A program made the position numbers and the translations under genes. A stretch of 50,252 bases of DNA from positions 1-50,252 of the forward strand of contig DASTHF010000199.1 in NCBI GenBank assembly GCA_035605615.1, written 5' to 3'. Below are positions 34,744 to 44,480 of the stretch, piece by piece (position 1 is the first letter of the stretch; each line of letters opens with the position of its first letter). The stretch comes from Solirubrobacterales bacterium (GTDB lineage: Bacteria > Actinomycetota > Thermoleophilia > Solirubrobacterales > 70-9). The notes below the pieces were generated by a model that worked only from the letters and a program-made list of their open reading frames with translations, searched no databases and was not told the DNA's origin.

Positions 34744-35967
34744 ATGTCTGAGCCGGTTCGGATCGGGCTGCTGGGACGCGGCACGGTCGGCGGCGCCTTC
34801 GCCGAGCTGCTCGCCGCGCGCGCCGCGGCGGTCGAGGCGGCAACCGGGCGCCGCCCCGAGCTGGCCGGCACGCTGACCCGCGACGAAGGGGACTTCGAGG
34901 AGATCCTCGCCGGCTCCGACCTGGTCGTCGAGCTGATCGGCGGCACCCAGCCGGCGCGCGACTACGTGCTCGCGGCGCTGGGCGCCGGGCGGCCCGTCGT
35001 CACCGCCAACAAGCAGCTGCTCGCCCGGCACGGCGAGGAGCTCTTCGCGGCGGCGCGCGCGGCTGGTGTGCAGCTGCGCTTCGAGGCGGCGGTGGCGGGC
35101 GCGATTCCGATCGTCCGCGTCATCCAGGAGAGCTTCGGCGTCACCGAGATCGACAAGGTCTTCGGCATCGTCAACGGCACCACCAACTTCATCCTCAGCG
35201 AGATGGCGGCGACGGGCGCCGCCTACGAGGATGTCCTGGCGCGCGCCCAGGAGCTGGGCTACGCGGAGGCCGACCCCACGGAGGACGTGAACGGCGCCGA
35301 CGCCGCGGCGAAGATGGCGATCCTGGCGCGGCTCGCCTTCCACGCGCCGGTGACGCTCGACCAGGTCACCTACGAGGGGATCGAGCGGATTCAGCCCGAC
35401 GACCTCGCCTACGCCAAGGAGCTCGGCCTCTCGCTGAAGCTGCTCGGGGTGGCGGAGCGCCGCGACGGCGGGATCAGCGTGCGCGTCTTCCCCTGCTTCC
35501 TCTACGGTGGCCACCCGCTGGCGCCGATCGACGGGCCGTTCAACGCGGTCATGGTCGAGGCGCCGGCGATCGCCGAGGTGACGCTGTCGGGGCCGGGGGC
35601 GGGCGGCGTGCAGACGGCTTCGGCGGTGCTCGGCGACGTCGTCTCGATCCTCGCTGGCGAGGCGCCGGTGCACGAGGCGCGCGAGGAGCTGCCGATCGTC
35701 GCCGACGTCAGCTCCTCCTTCTACCTCCATCTCGAGGTCGCCGACGAGCCCGGCGTGCTGGCGAAGATCGCCCTCATCCTGGGCGAGAACGGGATCTCGG
35801 TGAAGAGCGTCGTGCAGCGGGGAATCGGCGACGACGCGCGGCTGGTGATGGTCGTCCACGAGTGCCTTGAGTCGCGCTTCGCGGCGGCGCTCGAGGAGAT
35901 CGGCAGGCTGGAGGAGCTGCGCTCTCCGCCCAGGTCGATCCGCGTGATCGAGGAGGAGTTCGTTTGA
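34744..35967 (+). CDS. hom: homoserine dehydrogenase
   Basis: [11 protein letters not shown] (NAD), [58 protein letters not shown], and a C-terminal ACT domain. Confidence 0.93.
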   Translation: MSEPVRIGLLGRGTVGGAFAELLAARAAAVEAATGRRPELAGTLTRDEGDFEEILAGSDLVVELIGGTQPARDYVLAALGAGRPVVTANKQLLARHGEELFAAARAAGVQLRFEAAVAGAIPIVRVIQESFGVTEIDKVFGIVNGTTNFILSEMAATGAAYEDVLARAQELGYAEADPTEDVNGADAAAKMAILARLAFHAPVTLDQVTYEGIERIQPDDLAYAKELGLSLKLLGVAERRDGGISVRVFPCFLYGGHPLAPIDGPFNAVMVEAPAIAEVTLSGPGAGGVQTASAVLGDVVSILAGEAPVHEAREELPIVADVSSSFYLHLEVADEPGVLAKIALILGENGISVKSVVQRGIGDDARLVMVVHECLESRFAAALEEIGRLEELRSPPRSIRVIEEEFV

Positions 35968-36091
35968 CGACCCCTGCAAACCGGCGCATCTCGGGGTCTT
36001 CGGTCGGCCTCCTCGGGTCACGCACCGAAAAAGTGCGCTCCCCTCGTCGGCCTCCCTGCATCCCCCGACCTGCTTGGTTTTCGGGGTCGTG

Positions 36092-37120
36092 ATGTCTCTG
36101 ATAGAGCGTTTTCGGGACCGCCTGCCGCTCGAGCCGGGCGACCCGGTCGTCTCGCTGAACGAGGGGTCGACGCCGCTGATCGAGGCGCCGCGGCTCTCGG
36201 AGCGGCTGGGCGTGCAGGCCTACCTGAAGATCGAAGGGGCGAACCCGACCGGCAGCTTCAAGGACCGGGGCATGACCGTGGCCGTGTCACGCGCCCTGGG
36301 GCGGGGGGCGGAGGCGGTGATCTGCGCCTCGACCGGCAACACGGCCGCCAGCGCCGCGGCCTACGCGGCGCGGGCGGGCCTGCGCGGCGCGGTGATCGTC
36401 CCCGAGGGCAAGATCGCGATCGGCAAGCTCGCCCAGGCGCTGATGCACGGGGCGCGGGTCGTCGCCCTGCAGGGCAACTTCGACGACGCGCTGCGGATCG
36501 TGCGCGAGCTGGCGGCCAAGCACCCGATCGAGCTGGTCAACTCGGTCAACCCCTACCGGATCGAGGGCCAGAAGACCGCCGCCTTCGAGGTCCTCGAGGA
36601 GCTGGGCGAGGCGCCGGGGGCGCTGGCGACCCCCGTCGGCAACGCCGGCAACGTCACCGCCTGGTGGCGGGGCTTCGGCGAGATGGGCGCCGCGCCGGTG
36701 CTCTACGGGTTCCAGGCCGAGGGCGCGGCGCCGCTCGTGCACGGCGCGCCGGTGGCGCACCCCGAGACGGTCGCCTCGGCGATCCGGATCGGCAACCCGG
36801 CCCGCTGGGAGGAGGCCATGGACGCCTTCACCGCCTCCCGCGGCCGCGTCGCCGCGGTCTCCGATGAACAGATCCTCGACGCCTACCGCTGGCTCGCCGC
36901 CTGCGAGGGCGTCTTCTGCGAGCCGGCCTCGGCCGCCTCGGTGGCCGGCCTGCTCGCCCACGGCCTGCCGACGGTCGACGGCGTGCCCGCCCCCGAGTCG
37001 GTCGTCTGCGTCCTTACCGGCCACGGGCTCAAGGACCCCGACACGGCCCTCTCCAAAGCGCCGGCGGTGATCAACTGCGAGAACGACCTCGGCGCCGTCG
37101 AGCGCGCGGTGTTCCTATGA
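36092..37120 (+). CDS. thrC: threonine synthase (short form)
   Basis: [15 protein letters not shown] (PLP lysine), [29 protein letters not shown] and [12 protein letters not shown] 36092 is preferred over the tracked TTG 36074. Confidence 0.93.
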   Translation: MSLIERFRDRLPLEPGDPVVSLNEGSTPLIEAPRLSERLGVQAYLKIEGANPTGSFKDRGMTVAVSRALGRGAEAVICASTGNTAASAAAYAARAGLRGAVIVPEGKIAIGKLAQALMHGARVVALQGNFDDALRIVRELAAKHPIELVNSVNPYRIEGQKTAAFEVLEELGEAPGALATPVGNAGNVTAWWRGFGEMGAAPVLYGFQAEGAAPLVHGAPVAHPETVASAIRIGNPARWEEAMDAFTASRGRVAAVSDEQILDAYRWLAACEGVFCEPASAASVAGLLAHGLPTVDGVPAPESVVCVLTGHGLKDPDTALSKAPAVINCENDLGAVERAVFL

Positions 37121-37184
37121 GCGCGGAGAGAGAAAGCGTGCATCTCTGGTTCTCTGCGACCGGGCGAAGCGCGAGGGTTTTGCG

Positions 37185-38066
37185 TTGACGGTGCGACGGC
37201 GGCTTGTCCGCGTCCCGGCGTCGTCGGCCAACCTCGGGCCGGGCTACGACGTGATGGCCGCCGCGCTGGCGATGCACCTCGAGCTCGAGGTGGAGGAGAC
37301 CGGCGAGTTCTCCTTCAATCCGGGGCCGATGGACGTGCCGACCGGGCGCGACAACCTGATCGTGCGCGCCTTCGAGAGCCTGCACCCGGCCGACGGCCTT
37401 GCCTTCCGGCTGCGCCAGGGCATCCCGCTGGCGCGCGGGCTCGGCTCCAGCGCCGCGGCGATCGTCGCCGGCCTGCTCGCGGCCGACCACCTCTTCGAGC
37501 TGGCGCTGTCGCCCGAGGAGATGCTGATCCGCGCCGAGGAGCTGGAGGGCCATCCCGACAACGTCGCGGCGGCGCTCTGCGGCGGCTTCGTGATCTGCGG
37601 CCGCGACGCAGAGGGCAGGCTGAGCGCCGCCCGCTTCGATCCGCCCGACGGGCTCGAGGCCGTCGCCGTGATCCCCGCCGAGGAGGTCTCGACCGAGCGG
37701 GCGCGCGAGGCGATCCCGGCCGAGATCCCGCTGGGCGACGCGGTCGCCAACGTCGCCGCCGCCTCGCGGCTGGTGCTCGGCCTGCGCGGCGCCGATCTCG
37801 ACCTGATCGCCGCCGGCCTCGCCGATCGCATCCACCAGCCGCGCCGCCGCGACCTCTACCCCCGCTCGATGGAGCTGGTCGACGAAGCGGCCGAGCTGGG
37901 CGCGCTGGGCGCGACGATCTCCGGCGCCGGGCCCACGGTCCTCGTCTGGACCACCTGGCAGGAGACCGGCGACGTGGTCGAGCGGCTGGAGCGCCGCTGC
38001 GCCGGGTGGGCAGAGGTCCGCCGCCTCCCCTTCACCCCCCAAGGCGCCGACGTCCCCGAGCTGTGA
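37185..38066 (+). CDS. thrB: homoserine kinase
   Basis: VPASSANLGPGYD and the GHMP kinase motif PLARGLGSSAAA; also HPDNVAAALCGG and ISGAGPTV. Confidence 0.9.
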   Translation: MTVRRRLVRVPASSANLGPGYDVMAAALAMHLELEVEETGEFSFNPGPMDVPTGRDNLIVRAFESLHPADGLAFRLRQGIPLARGLGSSAAAIVAGLLAADHLFELALSPEEMLIRAEELEGHPDNVAAALCGGFVICGRDAEGRLSAARFDPPDGLEAVAVIPAEEVSTERAREAIPAEIPLGDAVANVAAASRLVLGLRGADLDLIAAGLADRIHQPRRRDLYPRSMELVDEAAELGALGATISGAGPTVLVWTTWQETGDVVERLERRCAGWAEVRRLPFTPQGADVPEL

Positions 38067-38121
38067 TCCCTCGGGGCAAGGCGCAAAGCCGTACTCAAAA
38101 GGGGAGAGTTATGAGGGTTGA

Positions 38122-38349
38122 GTGCTTAACCTGGCTGTGCGCCTATCGAGGCACGCCAAGAACCAGGCTAGGAACCTGCGATTGAGCATCGCGGATGTCG
38201 AATCGATAATTCAGCGGCCGGCCTACATCGACCGGGACAGGCACGGAAAGCCGCGCTATACGGGGGAGATCCGGGGCGTGCGCGTTCGAGCCGTCGTCGC
38301 GATTGACGAACCTGACCTGATCGTCACAATCCACAAGAGAAGGCGATGA
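38122..38349 (+). CDS. DUF4258-like small protein (putative toxin of a two-gene module)
   Basis: 75 aa. LSRHAKNQARNLRLSIADVESII resembles the DUF4258 N-terminal helix motif (from memory). GAGGG lies 4 nt upstream of the GTG. The stop overlaps the next ATG (ATGA). Local GC is visibly lower. Confidence 0.6.
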   Translation: MLNLAVRLSRHAKNQARNLRLSIADVESIIQRPAYIDRDRHGKPRYTGEIRGVRVRAVVAIDEPDLIVTIHKRRR

Positions 38350-38639
38350 TGCGAGCGGATTACGACAGCGAAGCGGACGCCCTCTCAATCGAGCTGAGGC
38401 GATTCCGGCATTACGACCATCAGGAGCAGGTCGACGACGACTACTGCAATGTGGGCATCGTCGGTGGTCGTGCTGTCGACGTGGAGCTGCTCTATCCAGC
38501 TCGCTACCTCGACCTCCTCGACGTTGCAGCGGAGCGCTACGGCCTCGACGGCGCCGCCCTGAAGGCTGCCGCGCAGGCTGCGCTCGCTGCGCCGGATCGC
38601 GTCGTGAAGCTCGAGGTCGCGGCGCCGGTTGCCGCCTGA
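38346..38639 (+). CDS. DUF2283-like small protein (putative antitoxin)
   Basis: The N-terminal YDSEADALSIEL matches the DUF2283 hallmark YDxEADALYIxL (from memory). 97 aa, coupled to the preceding gene. Confidence 0.65.
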   Translation: MMRADYDSEADALSIELRRFRHYDHQEQVDDDYCNVGIVGGRAVDVELLYPARYLDLLDVAAERYGLDGAALKAAAQAALAAPDRVVKLEVAAPVAA

Positions 38640-38652
38640 CGCGCCCCGCAGC

Positions 38653-38681
38653 TTGGCGGACGCTCGTGCCCGCTCTATAAT
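38653..38681 (+). promoter_or_regulatory. sigma-70-type promoter candidate for gltB
   Basis: TTGGCG (38653-38658), a 17-nt spacer, then a perfect TATAAT (38676-38681), which is rare in this GC-rich DNA. GGGAGG lies 5 nt before the TTG start at 38744. Confidence 0.5.
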
Positions 38682-38743
38682 CCTGCGACTCGTCAACCCG
38701 TCGCGCGCCCGCTCGAAGAAGGTGCGGAACCCGGGAGGTCAAA

Positions 38744-41700
38744 TTGAGCAACCCCCAGTCACGTGAGCTTCACGGCGCCCGCCCGCCCGTCCGCTACTCG
38801 CCAGAGCGCCCCTATCGGCCGCTCGTTTCGCCGCCCAGCGTCGAAGACCGCGACGCCTGCGCTATTTACGCCTCGGTCCGCCGGGACGCGACGCCGAGCC
38901 GCGAGCCGATCGAGCTGGCGCTCTCGGCGCTCCAGAAGATGCTGCACCGGGCGGGCAACGTCGATGGCGAGGGTGACGGCTGCGGCCTCCTGCTCGACAT
39001 CCCGCGCCGCATCTGGGCCGAGGAGGTGCGGGCCGGCGGACACGACCCGTCGCTGAGCCTCGACCCCGCCTTCGCCGTCGCCCACGTCTTCATCGACCGC
39101 CCCGAGGACCGCGAGCGGGTGCGCCACGACGCGCGCGAGCTGCTCGGCCAGGAGGGGTTCCGCATCCTCGCCGAGCGGATCGGCGCCGTCGACTCGACCG
39201 CGCTCGGCCCGACCGCGCGCGAGGAGGAGCCCCACTTCTGGCAGGTCGCCGGCCTCGTCGCCGACGCTTCGCAGCGCGACCGCGTTCTCTTCGACCTCAC
39301 GGTCGCGCTCGAGGAACGGCTCGGCGTCCACGTCCCCTCCTTCTCGGCGACCACCTGCGTCTACAAGGTGATGGGGGCGCCGCAGGTGCTGGGCGCCTAC
39401 TACGACGACCTCCGCGACGAGCGCGCCGAGACGATCTCCTGCTTCGGCCACAACCGCTACTCGACCAACACCTGGCCATCCTTCAAGCGGGTGCAGCCGT
39501 TCTCCGTCCTCGGCCACAACGGCGAGATCAACACGATCGAGCAGCTGCGCCAGGAGGCGCGCATGCTCGGCGTGCCGATCCAGCCCGGCTGCTCGGACTC
39601 GCAGGACCTGAACCGGACGATCGACACACTGGTCAGCCGCGAGGGCTTCAGCCTCGCCGAGGTGATCGAGATGGTGGTGCCGCCGATCGTCGCCGAGATC
39701 CGTGCCCTCCCCGCCGAGCTGCACCGCTTCTACATGTACCTGCGCCAGGCGATGGGGCCCTTCGCCCAGGGCCCCGTGGCGCTGATCTCCCGCCACGCCG
39801 ACGAATGCGTCTTCTCGGCCGACGCGATGGGGCTGCGGCCGCTCTGGCAGGTCGAGACCGCCGACGACTTCGTCTTCAGCTCCGAGCCCGGCGTCGTCCC
39901 GGTCGCCGCGATGACCGGCGAGCCGAAGCCGCTCGCCCCCGGCGAGAAGGTGCTGGTCCTCGCCGAGCGCGAGCGCAAGCGCTCGACTCTCCACCCCCAT
40001 GACGAGATGCTGCGGATCGTCCGCGACCGCTGGCTGCGGCGCAGCGGCGCCGAGGACGCCGGCCCCTACGACCGCGCCCTCGACACCGGCGGCCCGCTCG
40101 AGGGCGGCGAGGTCCCCGGCTACTCCGACGCCGGCCCGGAAGAGCCGGTCCGGGTCACCGACCGCGTCCTCGCCGGCTTCGGCTGGCAGCGCGACGACGT
40201 CAAACTCGTCCAGCAGATGGCCTCGAACGGGTCCGAGCCGGTCGGCTCGCTCGGCTACGACGGCCCGCTCGCGGCGCTCTCGCCGGAGCGCCAGAACCTC
40301 GCCGACTACTTCAAGGAGACGGTCGCCGTCGTCACCAACCCGGCGATCGACCGCGAACGCGAGATGGAGCACTTCTCGACCCGCACGGTCTTCGGCCGCC
40401 GCCCCTCGATCGAGGCAGCCGCCGAGGACACCGGCACGATCGAGACCTCCTTCCCCGTGATCCTCGGCGGCCACCACGAGATGGCGCCGCTCTCCGACAA
40501 GGTCTACCGGCGCATCGCCCGCGAGCACCGCACCTACCTGCTCGAGGATCTCTGGGAAGAGTTCCGGGGCCGTGCCGCCGCGGTCGACATCTCGCTGCTC
40601 GAGTCGGAGACGACGGCGGGGGCGATCGAGCGGATCAAGCAGGAGGCGGTGAAGAAGGTGCGCGACGGCGCCGAGCTGCTCGTGCTCACCGACCGCACCG
40701 TGTACGAGGCCGACCGCCGCTACCTCGACCCGCACCTCGCCACCTCGGCGGTCGATCAGGCGCTGAAGCAGTACCGGGTCGAGCCGGGCGAAGAGAACCT
40801 GCGCCGCCGCTGCGGCATCGTGCTGCGCTCGGCGGCGATCCGCAACGTCCACGACACGATGCTGGCGCTCGGCCTCGGCGCCGACGGCGTCTGCCCCTAC
40901 ACGATGGTCGAGGTGATCTGCGTCGAGGACTACGAGACCGACGTCTCCAACCTCTGCGCCGCCCTCAAGAAGGGGATCGAGAAAGTGATCTCGACGATCG
41001 GCATTCACGAGGTGCGCGGCTACGCGCGCCAGTTCTCCTCGATCGGCGTCAAGCCGGAGCTGGCGGAGATCTTCCAGACCGAGGCCTTCGCCGCCTCCGA
41101 GAAGGGCGGCGTCGGCTTCGCCGACCTCGACGAGGACACCAACGAGCGGGCGCGGGTGCTGGGCGGCGACGAGGACGCCAAGCCGGCCAAGACCTTCCGC
41201 TTCTACCCCAAGGTCTACAAGGCGGCGATCGCGACCGCCAACGGCGCCGGCTCCTACGAGGAGTACTCGGAGAAAGTGCGCGAGCTGGAGCGCCAGAGCC
41301 CGATCTCGATGCGCCACGTCATGGGCCTGAAGGGGGATCGCGACCCGGTCGACCCGGCCACGGTCGACCCCGGCGTCGGCCAGCACGACTACCCGATCGT
41401 GATCTCCTCGATGAGCTTCGGCTCGCAATCGGAGCCCGCCTTCCGCGCCTACGCGGAGGCGGCGAAGGCGATCAACGTCCTCTGCATCAACGGCGAGGGT
41501 GGCGAGATCCAGGACATGTACGGGCGCTACCGCAAGTGGCGCGGCCAGCAGGTCGCCTCCGGCCGCTTCGGCGTCTCGGCGGAGATGATCAACTCCTCCT
41601 ATATCGCCGAGATCAAGATCGGCCAGGGCGCCAAGCCCGGCGAGGGAGGTCACCTGCCCGGCAAGAAGGTCTCCGAGAAGGTGGCCGCGGCGCGCAACGC

Positions 41701-43417
41701 CTCGCCCGGCACCGACCTGATCTCGCCCTCCAACAATCACGACCTCTACTCGATCGAGGACCTGGCCGAGCTGATCGACGAGCTGAAGACGGTCAACCCG
41801 GACGTGCGCGTCTCGGTCAAGGTGCCGGTGGTGCCGAACATCGGCACGATCGGGCTCGGCATCGCCAAGGCGGGCGCCGACATCATCACGCTCTCCGGCT
41901 TCGAGGGCGGCACCGGCGCCGCCCGCCAGCACGCCCTGCGCCACGTCGGCCTTCCCTCCGACATCGGCACCCGCGCCGTGCACCGGGCGCTGATGGAGGC
42001 GGGCATCCGCAACCGGGTCGAGATCTGGGCCGACGGCGGCTACCGCACCGGCTACGACATCGTCAAGCTGCACTGCCTCGGCGCCAACCGGGTCGGCTTC
42101 GGCACGCTGGCGATGGTCAGCCTCGGCTGCACGATCTGCCGCGGCTGCCAGCTCGACACCTGCCACGTCGGCATCGCCACGCAGATCGAGACGGTGGAGC
42201 AGGCCCAGCAGCACGGGCTGAAGAAGTTCACCCCGCAGGAGGTCGCGCGGGGCGCCGAGAGCTGCGCCCGCTTCTTCGCTGCCATGGGGGAGGAGGTGCG
42301 CCAGGTCGTCGCCTCGCTCGGCTACGAGCGGGCCCAGGACCTGATCGGCCGCTACGACCTGCTGGAGCAGGTCTCGCACCACGAGACGATCGACCTTGCG
42401 CCGCTGATCACGCCGCTGGAGGAGTTCCTCGACCTCGAGCCGCTCGATCTGCCGGTCGCGGAGGAGATCGCCGAGGAGCGCGCCGAGGCGGGCCTCGTCG
42501 TCGCCCGCCCGATCCGCATGGAGGCGAAGGAGGCCTCCGCCCAGCTCGCGGCGCTGGCCGGCGACGTCTGCCCGGGTCGCACGATCCACAACTCCTTCCC
42601 GCGGCCGACCCACGCCGGCGACCGCGTGCTCGGCACCGAGCTGGCCGGGGCGATCGCCCGCTCGCGCATCTTCGACGACGGCCCCGAGCCGAGCGACGAC
42701 GTGCTCGCCAGCCTCGAGTTCGACGGCGGCTCGGTCGCCGGCCAGGGACTGGGAGCCTTCAACTCGCACGGCGTCTCGATCCGCGTCGAGGGCGGCGCCC
42801 AGGACGGCGTCGGCAAGACGATGCGGGGCGGCTCGATCTCGATCCTGAAGGGCAAGGGCGCCAAGGGCCGCCGCCTCAACGGCTCGGTCGGCAAGTCCTT
42901 TGCCTACGGCGCCCAACGCGGCCACCTCTTCGTCCAGGGCTCGGCCGACTCGCGCTTCTGCATCCGCCTCTCCGGCGCCGACGTGGTGCTGGCCGGTGAG
43001 CCGGACGGCGACATCGACGACAGCCGCGGCTGCCTCGGCGACCGCGCCAACGCCAAGGGCTTCGCCTTCGAGTACATGACCTCGGGCCGCGCCGTCGTGC
43101 TCGGCGACATCGGCCCCTGGGCCTGTGCCGGGATGACCGGCGGCCGCGTCTACGTCCGCCACAACGCCTTCGGCATAGACCGGGCGGCGATCGAGAGGCG
43201 GCTCGGCGAGGGCGCCAAGGTCGACCTCCAGGAGCTGGACGCGGAGGGGCTGCTCGACGTCGACGACCTCCTCACCCACTACGCGAGCGAGCTGAAGGCG
43301 ACCGGGCAGGACGAGGAGGCGGTGCGCATCCTCGATCTCGCCGCGCACCCGCGCGAGAACTTCCTGATGATCCTCCCGCACAAGGTGCAGGCGGACCCCA
43401 GCATCTCGACCGAGTAG
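38744..43417 (+). CDS. gltB: glutamate synthase large subunit
   Basis: 1557 aa. An Ntn amidotransferase domain begins at Cys39 (DACAIYASV; GDGCGLLLDIP; HNRYSTNT). The central domain and the FMN domain (SGRFGV, IKIGQGAKPGEGGHLPG, and the 3Fe-4S cysteines C-x5-C-x4-C in GCTICRGCQLDTCHVGIATQ) follow. The C-terminal GXGXG beta-helix domain is also present. Confidence 0.95.
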   Translation: MSNPQSRELHGARPPVRYSPERPYRPLVSPPSVEDRDACAIYASVRRDATPSREPIELALSALQKMLHRAGNVDGEGDGCGLLLDIPRRIWAEEVRAGGHDPSLSLDPAFAVAHVFIDRPEDRERVRHDARELLGQEGFRILAERIGAVDSTALGPTAREEEPHFWQVAGLVADASQRDRVLFDLTVALEERLGVHVPSFSATTCVYKVMGAPQVLGAYYDDLRDERAETISCFGHNRYSTNTWPSFKRVQPFSVLGHNGEINTIEQLRQEARMLGVPIQPGCSDSQDLNRTIDTLVSREGFSLAEVIEMVVPPIVAEIRALPAELHRFYMYLRQAMGPFAQGPVALISRHADECVFSADAMGLRPLWQVETADDFVFSSEPGVVPVAAMTGEPKPLAPGEKVLVLAERERKRSTLHPHDEMLRIVRDRWLRRSGAEDAGPYDRALDTGGPLEGGEVPGYSDAGPEEPVRVTDRVLAGFGWQRDDVKLVQQMASNGSEPVGSLGYDGPLAALSPERQNLADYFKETVAVVTNPAIDREREMEHFSTRTVFGRRPSIEAAAEDTGTIETSFPVILGGHHEMAPLSDKVYRRIAREHRTYLLEDLWEEFRGRAAAVDISLLESETTAGAIERIKQEAVKKVRDGAELLVLTDRTVYEADRRYLDPHLATSAVDQALKQYRVEPGEENLRRRCGIVLRSAAIRNVHDTMLALGLGADGVCPYTMVEVICVEDYETDVSNLCAALKKGIEKVISTIGIHEVRGYARQFSSIGVKPELAEIFQTEAFAASEKGGVGFADLDEDTNERARVLGGDEDAKPAKTFRFYPKVYKAAIATANGAGSYEEYSEKVRELERQSPISMRHVMGLKGDRDPVDPATVDPGVGQHDYPIVISSMSFGSQSEPAFRAYAEAAKAINVLCINGEGGEIQDMYGRYRKWRGQQVASGRFGVSAEMINSSYIAEIKIGQGAKPGEGGHLPGKKVSEKVAAARNASPGTDLISPSNNHDLYSIEDLAELIDELKTVNPDVRVSVKVPVVPNIGTIGLGIAKAGADIITLSGFEGGTGAARQHALRHVGLPSDIGTRAVHRALMEAGIRNRVEIWADGGYRTGYDIVKLHCLGANRVGFGTLAMVSLGCTICRGCQLDTCHVGIATQIETVEQAQQHGLKKFTPQEVARGAESCARFFAAMGEEVRQVVASLGYERAQDLIGRYDLLEQVSHHETIDLAPLITPLEEFLDLEPLDLPVAEEIAEERAEAGLVVARPIRMEAKEASAQLAALAGDVCPGRTIHNSFPRPTHAGDRVLGTELAGAIARSRIFDDGPEPSDDVLASLEFDGGSVAGQGLGAFNSHGVSIRVEGGAQDGVGKTMRGGSISILKGKGAKGRRLNGSVGKSFAYGAQRGHLFVQGSADSRFCIRLSGADVVLAGEPDGDIDDSRGCLGDRANAKGFAFEYMTSGRAVVLGDIGPWACAGMTGGRVYVRHNAFGIDRAAIERRLGEGAKVDLQELDAEGLLDVDDLLTHYASELKATGQDEEAVRILDLAAHPRENFLMILPHKVQADPSISTE

Positions 43418-43436
43418 AGGGGGCGCGCCCTCGCGC

Positions 43437-43733
43437 CTACGGGGGGAAGGGCGCGCGCTCGAGCCGGTCGGCTAGCGCGCGGATCTCGCGCAGCAGGCCG
43501 TCGAGCATCAGCTCGACGTTGGTATGGATGCGCCATTCGACGTAGCGGCGCTCCTGCTCGACCTGGTCGAGCCGTCCCTCCATCCTCAGCAGGCGCTCCT
43601 CGAGGCGGTCCACCCGGCGCAGCTGCGGGTCGAGGCCGGCCTCCTCACCCTGCTCGGCCAGCATCTCCTCGATGCCGAGGCGGACCCGCTCGATCTCCTC
43701 GCGCAGCCGTTCCCGCGCCTCTTCCGCACTCAC
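43437..43733 (-). CDS. 98-aa coiled-coil protein, hypothetical
   Basis: Charged heptad-like sequence (EEARERLREEIERVRLGIEEMLAEQ...LEERLLRMEGRLDQVEQERR). GTG start with TAGCAT 8 nt upstream. It lies 52 nt downstream of the FHA gene on the same strand. Confidence 0.5.
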   Translation of the reverse strand: MSAEEARERLREEIERVRLGIEEMLAEQGEEAGLDPQLRRVDRLEERLLRMEGRLDQVEQERRYVEWRIHTNVELMLDGLLREIRALADRLERAPFPP

Positions 43734-43785
43734 GATCCCGCATGCTACGGGCGGCGGTGGCCGGAATCGCCTGACTCAGGCCCGC

Positions 43786-44400
43786 TCAGGCTTCGAGCAC
43801 GAAGAGGCGGTAGCGGCCGATCCGCAGCTCGTCCCCGTCCTCGAGCTTGCCCCACTCGATCATCTCGCCGTTTAGGAAGACGCCGTTGAGGCTGCGGTCG
43901 TCGAGCACGCGCAGCGCCCCCTCGGCTTCGGAGACGATGAGGGCGTGGCGGCGCGAGACGCTGGGGTCGTCGAGGCGCACATGGGCCGCCGCGCTGCGGC
44001 CGATGCGGGTCCAGCCTCGCTTGATCCGGAAGGTAACGGGCTTCTCGCCCCCCTCCTCGTCCCGGTAGGCGAGGTAACGGCCCGGGCCGGGAAGGCCGGC
44101 ACGGGCCTCGCTCAGCCAGTCGGGCGGCACGAGCTCCTCGAGGACGGGAAATTCGTCGGTCGTCGTCTCGCCGTGGTCCTGCATCGACTCGAAGATCGAG
44201 TCGCGACGGAAGAGCGAGGCGCCGCAGCGGGGGCAGTCGGGGAGGCGGTCGTTCTCGTCGAGGAACAGCTGGGAGCCGCACTCCAGGCAGAAGAACGTGC
44301 CGGAGCCGGGCAGCGTCCCGGTTGCGAAGCTATCGACTGAACTGGGTGTGGCGCTGGCCAAGGCGAGGGTCCTTTCCTCTTGGCGCCTCCTTGCAGCCAT
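43786..44400 (-). CDS. zinc-ribbon plus FHA domain protein
   Basis: CLECGSQLF..(11)..CPRCG ribbon, then an FHA core (RIGRSAAAHVRLDDPSVSRRHALIV...LDDRSLNGVFLNGE). The start is uncertain: ATG 44400, or TTG 44361 after AGGAAAGGA. Confidence 0.8.
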   Translation of the reverse strand: MAARRRQEERTLALASATPSSVDSFATGTLPGSGTFFCLECGSQLFLDENDRLPDCPRCGASLFRRDSIFESMQDHGETTTDEFPVLEELVPPDWLSEARAGLPGPGRYLAYRDEEGGEKPVTFRIKRGWTRIGRSAAAHVRLDDPSVSRRHALIVSEAEGALRVLDDRSLNGVFLNGEMIEWGKLEDGDELRIGRYRLFVLEA

Positions 44401-44458
44401 CGTAGCGCGACTCGAGAGCCGCTGCACGATTTTCGGTATCCGGCAGGGCCGCGGCTGC

Positions 44459-44480
44459 AATGCCGACCGAATGCCGACCG
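44459..44480 (+). repeat. perfect tandem direct repeat, 2 x 11 nt (AATGCCGACCG)
   Basis: It lies in the divergent FHA / lipoprotein intergenic region and ends 6 nt upstream of a TAGACT -10 candidate (44487-44492). The 11-nt period equals one helical turn. Confidence 0.6.

Noticed and set aside
38111-38185. 24-codon ORF with GGAG 4 nt upstream, overlapping the DUF4258-like gene start
   Set aside because: It is too short and has no composition support, so I do not call it a gene. It is mentioned under the TA-like finding as a possible leader peptide only.
38759-43381. 1540-aa ORF on the minus strand covering almost all of gltB
   Set aside because: The translation is Arg/Ala/Gly/Asp/Leu-rich with no recognisable motif. 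It is the stop-free antisense shadow expected opposite a long GC3-rich gene. The plus-strand frame has unambiguous GltB motifs.
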